From assembly GCF_009914755.1 (NCBI RefSeq), contig NC_060930.1: a stretch of DNA of 64,000 nucleotides. The stretch is one strand, 5' to 3'. Origin of the DNA: the human T2T-CHM13v2.0 reference genome, Homo sapiens. Positions 27,906-41,613 of the stretch are shown one piece after another. Numbering within the stretch: position 1 is the stretch's first letter; every line of letters starts with the position of its first letter. Under the pieces are notes generated by a model. That model saw only the letters and a program-made list of their open reading frames with translations. It made no database searches and was not told the origin of the DNA. The position numbers were made by a program, and so were the translations under genes.

Positions 27906-30339
27906 TAGGTGTTATTAGAATTAACAACAATTAGAAAATAGATTTTTTTCTACTTTTTTGATGTAAGCATTTATTGCTATAAACTTCTCTCTTAGCAATG
28001 CTTTTGCTGTATCCCATAGGTTTTGTTACATTGTGTCTTCATTTCCATTTGTTTCAAGAAATTTTTTATTTCCGTCTTAATTTCTTCATTGACTCAATGG
28101 TTATTCAGGTGCATGTTTTTTAATTTCTGTGTATTTGCATAGCTTCCTAAGTTCCTCTTGGTATTGATTTCTATTTTATTCCATTATGGTCAGAAAAGAT
28201 GCTGGCTACTATTTCCATTTTTAAAAATTTGTTGAGAGAAATTTTTGAACTTCCAGGTGGCTTGCTTGGATGTTGGTAGTTGAAGCAGTAGACCTGGTGG
28301 GTGGGTGAGGTAGGTCCCTAGGCAGCCTGTGTGTCATGGGCAATGGCAGTAGCCATGACAAGACAATTTCTTGGGTCCTGAGCAGCGTGTTTTGATGTTG
28401 GCAGTGGCTGTGGTGGGTTGGGTATGCCAGTCTCCAGGCTCAGAGGTGGTGCTTGCAGGTAGGTGCCAGCTGAGGTAGTAGTAGCCGGGAATTTAGACCC
28501 AACTTCAGGTACCTAGAAGGAATGCTCAAGTGGTGGCTTGGGTTGGATTATCCAAGACCCTGGATTATGTGCTATGTCTCAGAGGGAAATGTGATGCCAG
28601 TTTTGACTTACTTGTGTTCAGGCTTCTCAATGGTGAGAGCACACACTAGCCATGATGTGTGGGAGAGAGTTGATTCTGAGGCTCCAGGCAGAGACCTAGG
28701 TTGATGGGCAATAGGAGCAGCACTGAGGCCATACCACTTGGGTGGGGCTTGCCTCAGTGTCCATAGCCTGGGCCAGTAGTGGGGGAATGCATATCCCTCT
28801 CTTGCCCCAGTTCTGGTGGGGTTCTCCCCAACTCCCCGCTATAGGAGCCCTCTTCCTGCTTTACAACTAAGTCGCAGCAGCATCTTGTGCCCCACTTGTG
28901 TCCCAGTTTCAGTCCTGTCAATGCTCGCATCCTAGCACTGGCAGCTGCAGCCCATGTCCCACTTGATTCTCAGCTTCTGCTGAGAAGTCTGTTCACAGCT
29001 CATCCCGCAGTCCCAGCAGCGACAGCCTGTGTTATTCTAACGCCTCTGTCCCTGGGACAACAGCCATAGAACATGAGTTTCCCTAATGCTGGGCCCTAGG
29101 ACAAAGGCTGTGACTGAAAATGGCTCCTTGCTGTAGCTGCTTGGGTTTCAGAAAGGGTACGAGATCCAGCAGGAGATTCCCTCCTGGAGAAGTGCCATCT
29201 CATGGTCTCCTGGTAGCTCCCTGTATTAGTTTCAGATCTCGGGAGGGTGGAGGGGCTATTCTGTGGTCAGGATTACACAGTTCCACAGTGGGGATGTGGA
29301 ATGCTGGAAGTCTTATCCCAAGGTTGGGAAGTCACTCTGGCTCCCAGCTGATCCTGGCCAAGCAGACTGTCTCTTTTTCTTCTCCTTCCTTGGTTTTGGT
29401 GTTTCCTGTCAGTTTTCTGTTAAATTCCAGTGTCCTTTCTCGGATAATTATTCAAAGTGTAGCTGTCTGTACACTATTTTGGTTCTTCTAAGTGGAGCAG
29501 GTGAGCATAAAATACTTCTAGACCGCTATCTTGAAGCTGAAATTCTAATTTTTTAAGGTCATAAAGTTTATTTAAGCCCTATGTAATTTTAGCATTAAAG
29601 TCATAAGTAGCAATCTATTAAAAGACAAAGGGCATTTGCTATTTTTATAACTACATTGCAGTATTCTTATAATATTTTATGTAATATTTTCAATAGCTAA
29701 ATTTCAATAGGATTTATTATGCCAGTTTAGTTAAGTTCTTAGAGACTTTTACCTATACACAGTAATTATGCAAATTAATATTGCTTTGAGAATTGACCAC
29801 TAACATTGATCACATGCAGTAATCAGTCATATAATGGATACAGAATAATTTGTCCTTTTGAGAGTTTCAGCTGACTTATCAAGGCACTTGATGTAATTTA
29901 ATCCTGGTCAGCTGTATATATAACAGGGGCTGCTTTAAAGTAAGAAAATTTTAAAAGTGCCGCAGTTTTAATGTTCATCTTATTACCTAAGCAAATGTTC
30001 TTGCTGGTATTCCAATTGGAATCTAACTTTTTGCTACTTTAAGACAAGGTTATTGAGGACTATGAGTAAGTGAAAATTAAGCTTATAATCCACACGGCCT
30101 CAAAGTTGTCCTTAGAAGGCTGATAATGACTGTCTTAGTCTATTCCTTTTCTTGGGGTGCTCAGGCTTGTCTGGCCAGGACATGGTCTGATGGGTTGGAG
30201 GGAGAAGTCCTCATCTAAGACTGTGGAAGATGACAAATAAATCACTTGGGTTCACTGGTCCTAAGTAACAAAGTGAACCAGGACTAAATTAAGCCAAAAA
30301 GAAGTTTCTTGTAAGGCTGGAGAACCAGGCTTAATGGAC

Positions 30340-30520
30340 TACATTTATTGGGTGCTTAATAGGTGAAAAGAGCTGTTCTCAGTACTTGAATTGCCTCATT
30401 AAATCTTTACTATAAGCCTAAGATGTGTTTTATTGTTCTTGTTTACAGCTAAAGAAACGGAGGGACGGAGAATTAAGTAAATTGTTCAAGGGTACACAGC
30501 AAGTGCAGTACAGGCCCCAG
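30340..30520 (-). mobile_element. MIR
   Basis: tttacagctaaagaaacggagg...attaagtaaattgttcaagggtacacagc is the MIR core. Confidence 0.75.
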
Positions 30521-30798
30521 GACAGGAACTAGGCTGCCCTGGGTGACTGTGCATAACTGCAATACTGTTCTGCCTGGGAGGAGCAGCTGGATCAAGAGCA
30601 CACCAGACATTTTTAAATCTGTGGAGCTCTCTGTCCAAGATTCAAACCTCACAGAAGACATCTGTTGATGTGACTTGGGTCTTAGCTGATCAGTGCAAGG
30701 GACTTTGAAAGGATTCCTATAATAATATGCACAATGAGAGATGAATAATTTCCCAAAAGGAAATGGCAATGCTGTTAGGAAGGAGAATGGGTGATGCA

Positions 30799-31147
30799 TG
30801 TTTTAGTCCTTTTAGTGCAATAACAAAATACAATAAATTAGGTAGCCTTATAAACAACAGAAATATATTTGAAGGCTGGGAAATTCAAGATGAAGGCAGA
30901 TTTGTTGTCTGGTTAAAGTCTATTTTCTGATTTATTTATTTCACATTCTTATGCTGTCCTCACATAGTGGAAGAAGTGACTGAGCTCCCTTGGACCTCTT
31001 TTATAAGGTATAATCTCATTCATGAGGGCTCTCTGCCCTTGCGCCGTAGTCACCTCCCAGAATCCCTATCACCTAATACCGTCACCTTAGGGGGTTAGGA
31101 TTTCAACATATGAATTTTGAGAGAACAAAAGTATTCAGGCCATAACA
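30799..31147 (-). mobile_element. MLT1A/MST-type MaLR LTR
   Basis: tgttttagtcc...ggctgggaaattcaagat...ggttaggatttcaacatatgaatttt...ccataaca. Confidence 0.85.
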
Positions 31148-31645
31148 CTGGGTAATCCTCTAGAAATCAAATCCCTTCTACACTAGAGGACTAATAAAAC
31201 TAAAAATCAAGTCTTATCTCTTGCAATAAGGAAGAGTCAAGAAGGTTATCAGTACCAAGGAACTAAGAGAGGAGAAAGAAAGATTTTTTTTTGTTGTTGT
31301 TCTAAGGAAGATGTAAACAAGCATGAGATGAAGAGGATAAAGAGTTTCCTAAAACATCAGACTGTAGCCTACTTTTATAATACATGCTTAGTTTATAAGC
31401 TACCAAAAAAATTGAGGGGAACTGAACCCACACTGTAAATTAGAATGGTACAGAGTTTACTCCCCATTTAATTTAAACACATAATCAACTATAAACCATA
31501 TAGAAGAGTATTCAAGTAGTGATTAATTTACATTCTTCCCTAGTTAAGAAAGTGTTGAAACCCTTAACAAGGCATATCTAGTTTAAGTGCTGTGTTACCC
31601 ACATGGACATACTTGCTTATATCCTGTACCATCTTTTCTTTACAG

Positions 31646-31731
31646 AGGCTGAAATAAGAATGGATCCTACTTAGATACATCTATAAAAAAATGGTCACCC
31701 TGCTCTTGGAGTTCAGCAGTGGGCAGATCAG
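31646..31731 (+). other. Candidate non-coding exon (86 nt)
   Basis: Acceptor catcttttctttacag| and donor cag|gtaaac; stops in all three frames. Confidence 0.3.
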
Positions 31732-33239
31732 GTAAACGTTCCTTCTTCTCTTAACAAGGCTTCATGATGTTTGGTGTGTACCATGCCATTCATTAACAAA
31801 GGCCCAGAGGAAGCTTTGAAAATGGTGTGTGATCTAGCTGCTGTATCTGTTAATTCTTTCAATTCAATGTCTTAAAGTTGCCAAGGGGAACTTCAATGTG
31901 TAGATGAGAAAAGAGATGAGAATAGACAAGCTGAGAAAGGCCAAAAGGGGGCAGGGGATACAGGGAACACTGGCTAGAGAATTTTCATGAAATTCTCATC
32001 TGATGAATGATTGGTTGCCTCTAAAAGAAAAATTTGCTTATAAGGTGTACTTGTAATCAATTCTTTATATTTAACCAAAATGTTTGATAAATTTTGTTTA
32101 TAATTTTATACATTGTAAAATTATAGGTTATCTTATACAAAATTCTTTTTTGCTTATTTTTGTCCTAATGTTAAGAATCCTAAGGGTAATTTTTGTTTTA
32201 ATATATTACAGGAGGGTCATTTATTATTATATTCTAATATAACAATTGTATTATTTACTATAATGTTTATAGATTTGAATAGCTAATAGTTAGGTTTTTT
32301 AAATTAAAAGAAAAATGTAATACGATTTTCTGATTCTGGGCGTACTTTGCTAATTATATATAAGGTTACTTGTTTGTTAGCTTTGGCGTAGACCCACTAA
32401 CTTTTGTTGTACTTGACTGAAGTTCCTCTGTAACAGGTAAAAAGGAAAGCAGGTTGTGAGTGAATGCTACGATTTCTCTGCAGTGCAGTTCACTTGTTTA
32501 AATAAATTACTTTTTTAAAGTGTTTTTGTTTATATGGACCTTGTTTGAGATAGAATATAGAGTGGCTTACTTGGGTATGATTCAATTTAAATTCAGTCTG
32601 CTATATTGTAAGCAGCTCTGATTTTTCATTATTTTCTAAATTAATTTATGGAGACACTAACTTTATGTTTGGGCATGGTAATCATAACATTTTGACAAAA
32701 TAGTCTAACATCTTAATATCTACTGTGGGTAGTATTAGCTCTTTCATCCAGTTGAAAGAAACAAGACAAATCACAAAGATGAAAAAAGAAGATGGGTAAC
32801 AGCTGGGATTGTGTGTGGAGAGCAAAACACGAAGGGACAGCAAAGCCATGCGCTGATACAGGAGGAGATGCAGAATTGATTCTTAATGTCCTATCTGGAA
32901 ACGATTTTTGAAAATAAAATGAAATAAATTATGATGCTACCTTAGAATTCTTAGAAGAATAGGAAAGTTCTCTTTCTCATTCAGTAATGAGTGAATGAAT
33001 GAGCTACTGCTATACTTTCCCCTTCTCAAACTTGAATAAAACCTACAGCTTCTATCTACACTTACTGTAATTTTACTTTATCTTCACTTTTCCCCTGAAA
33101 TTGCTCCTGTCAAGGTCAGTAATTAGCTTCTTTTCATTAATAAATCCATCTGGATATTTAGCTTCGGCCTATTAGCTTCTCTATTACATTTGATTCTATT
33201 GGTTTCTGTGTGTTTTTAAAAGCACTTAAAAAATAAAAA

Positions 33240-34600
33240 TTTGTTTTTTTGTTTAAAAATATTTCATACAAAAAAAGTCATATATACTAAAGGCATCATA
33301 GTAAAAAATCATCATAATAATAACGGTCCTGGTCACCACCCAGCAGTACCCTTCTCCACAACCCTCTAGAGGCAAACAACTTCTAACCTTTTAGATGTTT
33401 CCTTGGTACATACATTGTAATTGTAAGTAGTTTTCTTATTCGACAACCTAAAAACTTAACTTTAGACTTTAATTTAAATTTTTTGTTCTGTGAGTATTTT
33501 AGTTTATACCTTCTCTTCCTCTAACCATCTCATCACGATATAATTATACATAAAATTTTGGATAGCATATTTAGTAACTTCACTGTTATACGATAATTTA
33601 AATAGTTTATTTCTATTCCAAATAGTGTCTATAATTTTGTTTTTTCTTATATAAGTTTATTAACAATGCCTCATTTTTTATTTTCTAATAGTTATTAGAA
33701 TAACTATTTGCAGTATCATTTTTGTAAAATATTTTCCAATACGGTTTTCTATATGGACGAGTCTGCTAAATAACTTATCAGTTCAATCACTTTTTTTTCC
33801 TGGAGACATCTTCCTGGAACTCTCTGATCTCTTCTTCTATTCAGACCCACCAACTCTTTTGGCAGTGGTATAGCATTTGCCTTGGAAATTCTTGCCTTTC
33901 TGCCCCTTTGTTAGTCTTTCTTATTCTTGATTTACTCTTTTCTTGGTGGCAATGTTTTTCTAGTAGTTTCCTGAAAATAAATGGGCCCATGGCAAGCAAA
34001 TATATAAGGATTTACCTATTGAAAAATGTTTTTATTTTATATATTCCCTTTACTAGTTAGTTTAAGTAAGGGAAGAAATCAATACTGAATCTCATTTTCA
34101 CTTAGAATTTTGAAAGTATGGCTTCATTGTCTTCTGGCTTCTAATATGGCCTTTGAAAAGATGAGATTGGCATCTTTTATTTTTTCTATGTGACTTTAGT
34201 CCTCTCTTGGGAATATTTGAAGGCTTCCTTTTTATTATTTTATTTTGAATTTTTATGATAATGTGTCTCAATACAGTTATTTAGTGTAGGTTTAATTTTT
34301 TTCTTTCCAATTATTTGGGTACTTGGGTAGTCATTTTCTTATAGCTTAGAGGTTCCCAAGTTGTGGAAAATATAATTTTCTTATTTTTTCAGTGATTCCC
34401 TTTATTTTCATATCCGCTTTCTTATTCTCAAATTTCTATTGGTTTAATATTTTACATTCTGGATACTATCCTTTTCCCCCCTATTTTTATCTTGATTTTT
34501 CTCTTATGTTTTGGTGGATTTCCTCTCATATATTCCAAACCCTCCATTGAATCATCTTTTTAGTTATTAGTTATCAGAGTTTTTGAATAGATCTTTATTT
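33240..34600 (-). mobile_element. Highly diverged L1M remnant, flanked by L2 pieces
   Basis: T-rich L1-like motifs (cattgtcttctggcttcta, gataatgtgtct); L2-like sequence at ~32960-33200 and ~34600-35030. Confidence 0.5.
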
Positions 34601-35668
34601 TTCTCTGAATGTCCACGTGCCTTAGCAGTGCACCTGCAGCACTTAGAGATTTGATCCCAGCCTCATTTCCTGTCACATCTCTTCAAGCACACAATTATCT
34701 GTGTATACAGAAACTTAAGTCAGTCTCCTGAACATGCCATGATGTCTCATAACTTTGTGACTTTGTGTATGAGGACTAGCTTTTGGAAACACTCTTTGGC
34801 CGTCTTGTGGTTGAGCCTTCCCTTGTATCTTGGTCACATTACATTTCTTTCTTTGTGTTTGTCATTGACTATTTTAATACTTTTGTGGTTGTTGTTTTTG
34901 CCTTCTCCATTAGATTATGAGTTTCTTACGGACAGAAACTGAGCTCCATTTGTCACTGTATCCAACATGGCTTGCTAGTTTTTATCACATAATAGATGGT
35001 CAATAAGTATGTATAATATTGTTTACTGATTCCACAAGACACATGTACAAATTAAACCCATGCCATTAAAGTTTTACTTCATATACAGTCAGCTCTTTTG
35101 TGATTCAAATAGTATGGTTTATCACTTTCAGGGAATTAATATATCATTTAGAAAATAATAAACAGAGAGTAAAAATAATTTGTGAGACAGTAGCCATTTA
35201 ACATAATTTGTGAAAAAAACATAAACACTGAATAATATAAATAAAAAATAGACTTTTTTGCTTTTAAAGGACATCTATGGCTCATATCAGATGATTGCTG
35301 AAATAGCAGTTCATCCACAATCTCACCTCTCATATTAAACTAGATAAACCTACTCTATTATTAATATTGAAAGAATTTAACTGATAGATACACTACTGTA
35401 TGTGAATAACCCACTTTTTTTCCTTTGCTTGATGTCTAGATCCTATGTTGGATAACATTAAGCATTAAACAATGCAAAGTATAAATGAAATAAAAAGGGA
35501 GGCTGTAAAAATTAAGATTATAATGTGGTACACACAAAAGAGCTGTTTTGATCCATGATATATTTTAAAAAGATTAATGTTATTTTCCAGAGACAAAGTG
35601 CAAAAGAACTACTCTAAAATGTGATTTGGAGCTTGAATTTCTCTGAGTTATTTTGTTATAGCCTGTAA

Positions 35669-35800
35669 TTTTTTTTTTTTTTTTTTTTTTTGACAGAGTC
35701 TCGCTCTGTCACCCAGGCTGGAGTACAGTGGTGTGATCTTGGCTTACTGCAACCTCTGCCTCCCAGGTTCATGCCATTCTCCTGCCTCAGCCTCCCAAAG
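35669..35800 (-). mobile_element. 5'-truncated Alu right arm
   Basis: Poly-T followed by gacagagtctcgctctgtcacccaggctgg. Confidence 0.93.
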
Positions 35801-36709
35801 TTTTTTAAATTTTAATTATTAAATGTTACTTTTAAGAGCAGTTTTAGATTCACAGCAAAATTGAACAGATAGTACAGAGAGTTAGAGAGTTCCTATATAT
35901 CCGAATCCCTATGTCCTCTGTAAACAAAAATAGTTTTATTTCTTCCTTACCAATATGTAGACTTTTTATTTCTTGTTTGATTGCATTAGCCAAGACTTTC
36001 AGTACGGTGTTGAAAACCAGTGGTGTGAGGAGACATCCTTGGCTTGTTCTTCATCTTAGCAAGAAAGCTTGAAATCTCTCACCATTAAGTATGATGCTAG
36101 CTATACATCTTTTGTAGATATTCTTTATCAGGTTGAAGATGTTCCCTACTATTTCCAGTTTGCTGAGAACTTCTATCATGAATGGGTGTTGGATTTTGTT
36201 AAATGCTTTTTTCTACATCTATTCATATAACCATGTGAATTATCTTCCTTAGGCTATTGATATGATGGATTATATTTGTTGTTTTTTTAAAAATATATAT
36301 TTATAACATTGACTGATTTTTGAATGTTGAACCAGCCTTGCATACCCAGAGTAAATCTCACTTGGTCACAATATAGAATTCTTTATATATATATATATAT
36401 ACATTGTTAGATTCCATTTGCTAACACTTTGTTGAGAATTTTTGCATCTATGTTCATGAGAGAAATTGGTCTGTAGCCTTCTTTTCTTGTAGGTTGTTTG
36501 TGTGGTTTAGATATTCTGGTAGTGCTTGCCTTATAGAATGAGTTAGGAAGTATTCCCTCTGCTTCTATATTCTGAAAGAGAATGTAGAGAATTGGTATAA
36601 AATCTTTCTTCAAGGTTTGGTTGAATTCATTAGGGAATTTATCTGAACCTGGGTACTCAATTTTAAAAGGTTATTAATTTTTTTTTCAATTTCTTTAATA
36701 GATATTGTT

Positions 36710-37058
36710 TGCTATATTCTGAATGTTTGTGTCCCCCAACCCCAGATTTATATGCTGAAATCCTAACTCCCAAGGTGTTGATATTAGGATATGTGGTCTT
36801 TGGAAAGTGACTGGGCCATAATGGCAAAGCCCTTATTAATAGAGTTGGTGCTCTCACAAAAGTGACTTCAGAGAGATCCTTTGCCCCTTTTGCCATGTGA
36901 AATTACAGTGAGAAGGTGGCCATCTAGACCCTCATCAGATACCAAATCTGCTGGCACTTTGATCTTAGACTTTCCAGCCTCCAGAACTGTGAGAATTTTT
37001 ATTTGGAAGCCGCTCAATCTGTGGTGTTTTGTTACAAAAGCTAGAACAGACTAAGACA
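36710..37058 (+). mobile_element. MLT1A-type MaLR LTR
   Basis: tgctatattctgaatgtttgtgtcccc...ccagcctccagaactgtgaga...gactaagaca. Confidence 0.88.
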
Positions 37059-37672
37059 TAGGACTATTCAGATCTTGTATAAGTCTTGGAAGACTGTATC
37101 TATCAAGAATTTGATCCATTTAATCTAGGTTATCAAATGTGTAGACATAGAGTTGCTTATGCTGTTCTTTTATTATCATTTTAATGTCCAGGGGATCTGT
37201 ATTGATGTTGCCCTTTTCACTTCTGATGTTAGTGTTTTAGTTTTCTCTCTTGCTGTTTTAGTTAGCCTGGCTAGAGACCTATAAGTTTTATTAATCTTTT
37301 CAAAGATCCATCTTTTGGTTTCTTTGATTTTTCTCTATCGATTTTCTGGGGTTTTTTTCAGTTTAATTGATATATGTTCTAATTTTTATTATTTCTTTTC
37401 TTCTTCTTTGAATTTAATGTGTTCTTCTTCAACTAGATTTTTAAAGTAGAAGCTTAGATATTTGATTTTAGATATTTCTTCTTTTCAAATATGTGCCATC
37501 AATGTTATAAATTTCCCTCTAAGCACTGCTTTTGATGTATACCACAAATTTTGAATAAGTTGTATTTCCATTTTCCTTTAGTTTATAATATTTTAAAATT
37601 TCTCTGGAGTTTTTTTTTTTTACTTATGTGTTATTTAGAAGTATGTTGCTTAATCTCCAAGTATTTGGGGAC

Positions 37673-38620
37673 TGTGGTGGTTAATACCGAGTGTCAATTT
37701 GGCTGGATTGAAGGATGCAAAGTATTGATTTTGGGTGTGTCTGTGAAGGTGTTGCCAAAGGAGATTACCATTTGAGTCAGTGGACTGGGAGAGGCAGACC
37801 CACCTTCAATCCGAGTGGGCACTATCTAATTGTCTGCCAGTGTGGACAGAATAAAAAGCAGGCAGAAGAACGTGGGGAGATTAGACTGGCTTAGCCTCCC
37901 AGCCTACATCTTTCTCCTATGCTGGATGCTTCCTGCCCTCGAACATTGAACTCTAAGCTCTCCAGCTTTGGGACTTGGACTGACTTCCTTGCTCCTCAGC
38001 TTGCAGATGGCCTATTGTGGGACCTTGTGATTGTGTGAGTTAATACTCCTTAATAAACTCATATATATCTCCTATTATATATATAATATATATATTATAT
38101 ATATCATATATATCATATATCATATCATATATATATGATATATCATATATATCATATATCATATCATATATATGATATATCATATATATATCACATATCA
38201 TATATATATCATATATATCATATATCATATATCATATATATATATGATATATCATATATATGATATATGATATATCATATCATATATATGATATAGCATA
38301 TATATATCATATATATATGATATAGCATATATATATCATATATATATGATATAGCATATATATATCATATATATATGATATAGCATATATATATCATATA
38401 TATGATATAGCATATATATATGATATATATATGATATAGCATATATATATCATATATATGATATAGCATATATATATCATATATATGATATAGCATATAT
38501 ATATCATATATATGATATAGCATATATATATCATATATATGATATAGCATATATATATCATATATATATCATATATATATTCTATTAGTTCTGTCCCTCT
38601 AAAGAACCCTGACTAATACA
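37673..38620 (+). mobile_element. MLT2A (HERV-L) solo LTR containing an expanded AT-rich repeat
   Basis: tgtggtggttaatac...gaaccctgactaataca; perfect 5-bp TSD gggac (37668-37672 / 38621-38625). Confidence 0.95.
38061..38580. repeat. AT-rich micro/minisatellite: (TA)n and (CATAT)n grading into a ~27-bp unit ATATAGCATATATATATCATATATATG
   Basis: Seen directly; the minus-strand ORF repeats MLYHIYDIY (9 codons = 27 bp). Confidence 0.97.
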
Positions 38621-40077
38621 GGGACTTTCCAGCTATCTTTCTGTTATTGATTTCTAGTTTAATTACACTGTGGTCTAAGAGCAGACATTGTATGACCTAA
38701 TTTTAAAATTTTGTTAAGATGTATTTTATGACTTAGAATGTGGTCTATCTTGATGAATGTTTCATGTGATCTTGGAGAAGAATGTATAGTATGCTGCTGT
38801 TGGTGAAATAGTTTATAAAAGTCATTTATATTCAGTTGATTGGTGGTGGTGTTGAGATTCTTTCTTCAGCTGTGTCTGGTCTACTAATGAGCTTATCAAA
38901 GGCATTCTTCATTCTGTTACAGTTTTTTATCTCTGGCATTAGTTTTTGATTCTGTCTTGGAGTTTTCATCTCTTTTCTTATAATGCCATCTGTTCTTGCA
39001 TGTTTACTTTTTCAGTAGAAATCTTAGCATATTAATCACAGTTGTTTTATATTCTCAATCTGATAATACCAACATATCTGCCATATCTCACTCTGGCTCT
39101 GAGGTTTGTTCACTTTCTTTAAGCTATTTTTTGCCTTTTAGTATGCCTTGTAATTTTTGTTGAAATCCGGACCTGATGTACCGGGTGAAAAGAACTCTGG
39201 TAGATAGACTTTTAGTGGTATGACACGAAGATGTGGGAGGAGAAAAAGCATTTTATAGTCCTATGATTAGATCTTAGTCTTTTTGTGAGCCTGTGACTAG
39301 ACTGTGAGCTTCAACAGTGTTTCTCAGTACCTCCAACCCTTAAGTGGGACAGGATGGCTAGAGGGGTTTGGAATTTGGCATTTCCTTTCCTCATGTGGAA
39401 GCATAGAGGGAGCTAAATTTGGGTATTTCCTTTCCCCCATGTGGAAGGCCAGATGATGTTAGGTATTTTCCTTCCTCTAGATAGATTAGAGTCTGATAAA
39501 ACCCTGCCAGGTTAGGCTGTCATAAAATAGTTTCTCCAGAGGGCAGGCCTTGTTAAGATAAACAGAATACTCTGCTGTATTTCAAAATGGTTTATTAAAA
39601 TAGATATGATAATAGCAATGCCTCATAAAGTTGTTGTAAGGATTAAATATGTTGATACATTTAAGAATAGTGACTGCTACATAATAAGTTCTAATATCTG
39701 ATATACTTAGATTTTCAATGACTTCCTTGCTAGTTAATTAACTGTACTATGTACTTTCGTGTATGGATGTGAGATTTCACAATTAACAACGTTGATTGTG
39801 GCAAACTGAGAGTCTGGGAATTATGTCATTGTATTGTTTCATGCAAAAATCATTTTGTTATATACAAATAATGTGAGTAAATTTAATAAGTGCTGGTAAC
39901 ATGATGGCACAATCTCAGATATTATTCTTAATAAAATTAAATAACTCATGGCTTATGTATCGACCTAGAAATGTTGGCCTGGACTAAAAATCCCTATTTT
40001 TGCTATTTCTACTTCAGTGAGACATGCAATTTAGAGAATACTTGTTTTTATTTCAAAGAAAACATACAAACAACAGG

Positions 40078-40108
40078 GTGTGTGTGTGTGTCTGTGTGTG
40101 TGTGTGTG
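40078..40108. repeat. (TG)n microsatellite with one interruption
   Basis: gtgtgtgtgtgtgtctgtgtgtgtgtgtgtg. Confidence 0.95.
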
Positions 40109-41069
40109 CATTTATACAAATATAAAAATAGAAAAGAAAGTAACTACTGGGATAAACAGCAGCCAAATAATTGAGAGTTAGCTAATTTATTTATGTAATT
40201 CACTGCATAATAAGCCAAAATATATTAAATCAGATTGCTCCTGAGCTATTCCTTCAAAGATGATAGAGGATGGTTTTTGGAAAGACAGATTGTAACAATA
40301 CATGTATCTCTGGACAATCCACATTATTATTATTATTATTTTTGGAATCTAACCAAGAAGTAACTCTTCCTGGTTAATCATGCCTTAGAATTACTCTTCT
40401 TTAACCCATCAGGTGAATAATGTACAGAGAGCACTGAACTGGCAAATGAAGACCTGGAAGATCCCACATTAACAGCCAGCATTTTGTGGAGCAAACTGGA
40501 TAAAGCAGGACTCAGCAGATAATTCCATTCTTCACCAATTATTCTTTTCTTAACTCAATCCTCCCTGATTCTTGTTTCCTCACTGCTCTCCCAATGAGAC
40601 ACCTCTGGTCTCCACCTTACCACCTGCTCCCTTATCAGTACTCATCTCACGTGACCTCTCAGCAGCTTTATCAGTTCAGTTTGGCCTTCTTGAAACACTG
40701 TCATCTCCAGTCCTCTCTGATACCATCCCCGTGAATTTCTTCATGCTCCACTCCCACTTATCTTCTTGGCCTCATTGCTGGTTCCTCTTCCTTTGTCTTA
40801 TGTGTTTTGAGTTTCCTAATTCCTCTTCTCTATCTGCATACTCTTCCTAGGTTAAGGTATCATTTTTGTGTTGACGTTTCACAAATGTCTATGTCCGGCC
40901 TTAATATTTTCTCTTAGACTCTATTTAAAATAAGTGGTAGATGTCTAATTGGGATGTTAAACTTAAATATATCCATAGGACTTTTGATTTCTCACCCCAC
41001 CTTCAACCCTCATTCCTCATTATCTCAATAATGACAATACCTACCATCAAATTACTTAGATCCAGCTCC

Positions 41070-41280
41070 TTTTTTAAACTTTCATTTTAGATTCTGGGGT
41101 ACCTGTGCAGGTTTGTTATCTATGTACACTCATGTCACAGGGATTTGTTGTACAGATTATTTTGCCATCCAGATACTAAGCCTAGTACCCAATAGTTTTT
41201 TCTTCTGATCCTCTCTCTCCTCCCACTCTCCATCCTCAGGTAAGCACCAGTGTCTGTTATTCCCCTCTTTGTGCGTTCGC
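41070..41280 (-). mobile_element. L1PA (older, 13-16-like) 3' end fragment
   Basis: tttagattctggggtacctgtgcaggtttgtta...ccagtgtctgttattcccctctttgtg. Confidence 0.88.
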
Positions 41281-41298
41281 ACTCTTAAGAAGCATTCT

Positions 41299-41613
41299 CA
41301 TTTGCAGGGATATGGATGAAGCTGGAAACCGTCATTCTCAGCAAACTAACACAAGAACAGAACACCAAACACCGCATGTTCTCTCTCGTAAGTGAGAGTT
41401 GAACAATGAGAACATGTGGGCACAGGGAGGGGAACATCACACACCGGGCCTGTCGGTGGGGGTGGGGGCCTAGGGGAGGGATAGCATTAGGAGAAATACC
41501 TAATATAGATGACGGATTGAGAGATGCAGCAAACCACCATGGCATGTGTATACCTATGTAGCAAACCTGTACGTTCTGCACATGTATCCCAGAACTTAAA
41601 GTATAATAAAAAA
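41299..41613 (+). mobile_element. 5'-truncated L1PA (about PA6-8) 3' end
   Basis: ggatgaagctggaaaccgtcattctcagcaaactaacac...aacttaaagtataataaaaaaa; TSD aagaagcattct / aagaagcactct. Confidence 0.93.

Larger units (their letters stand above)
35801..39595 (-). mobile_element. L1M (L1MB/MC-like) remnant interrupted by two LTRs
   Basis: ORF 36407-36613 gives L1 RT motifs ([29 protein letters not shown]). Confidence 0.8.

Noticed and set aside
31977-31997. Near-palindrome gagaattttcatgaaattctc
   Set aside because: Short, AT-rich and imperfect; plausible by chance in 64 kb
38040-38550. Repetitive Y/I/D-rich ORFs and a CRISPR-like periodic pattern
   Set aside because: Translation of an AT minisatellite; no unique spacers; eukaryotic context
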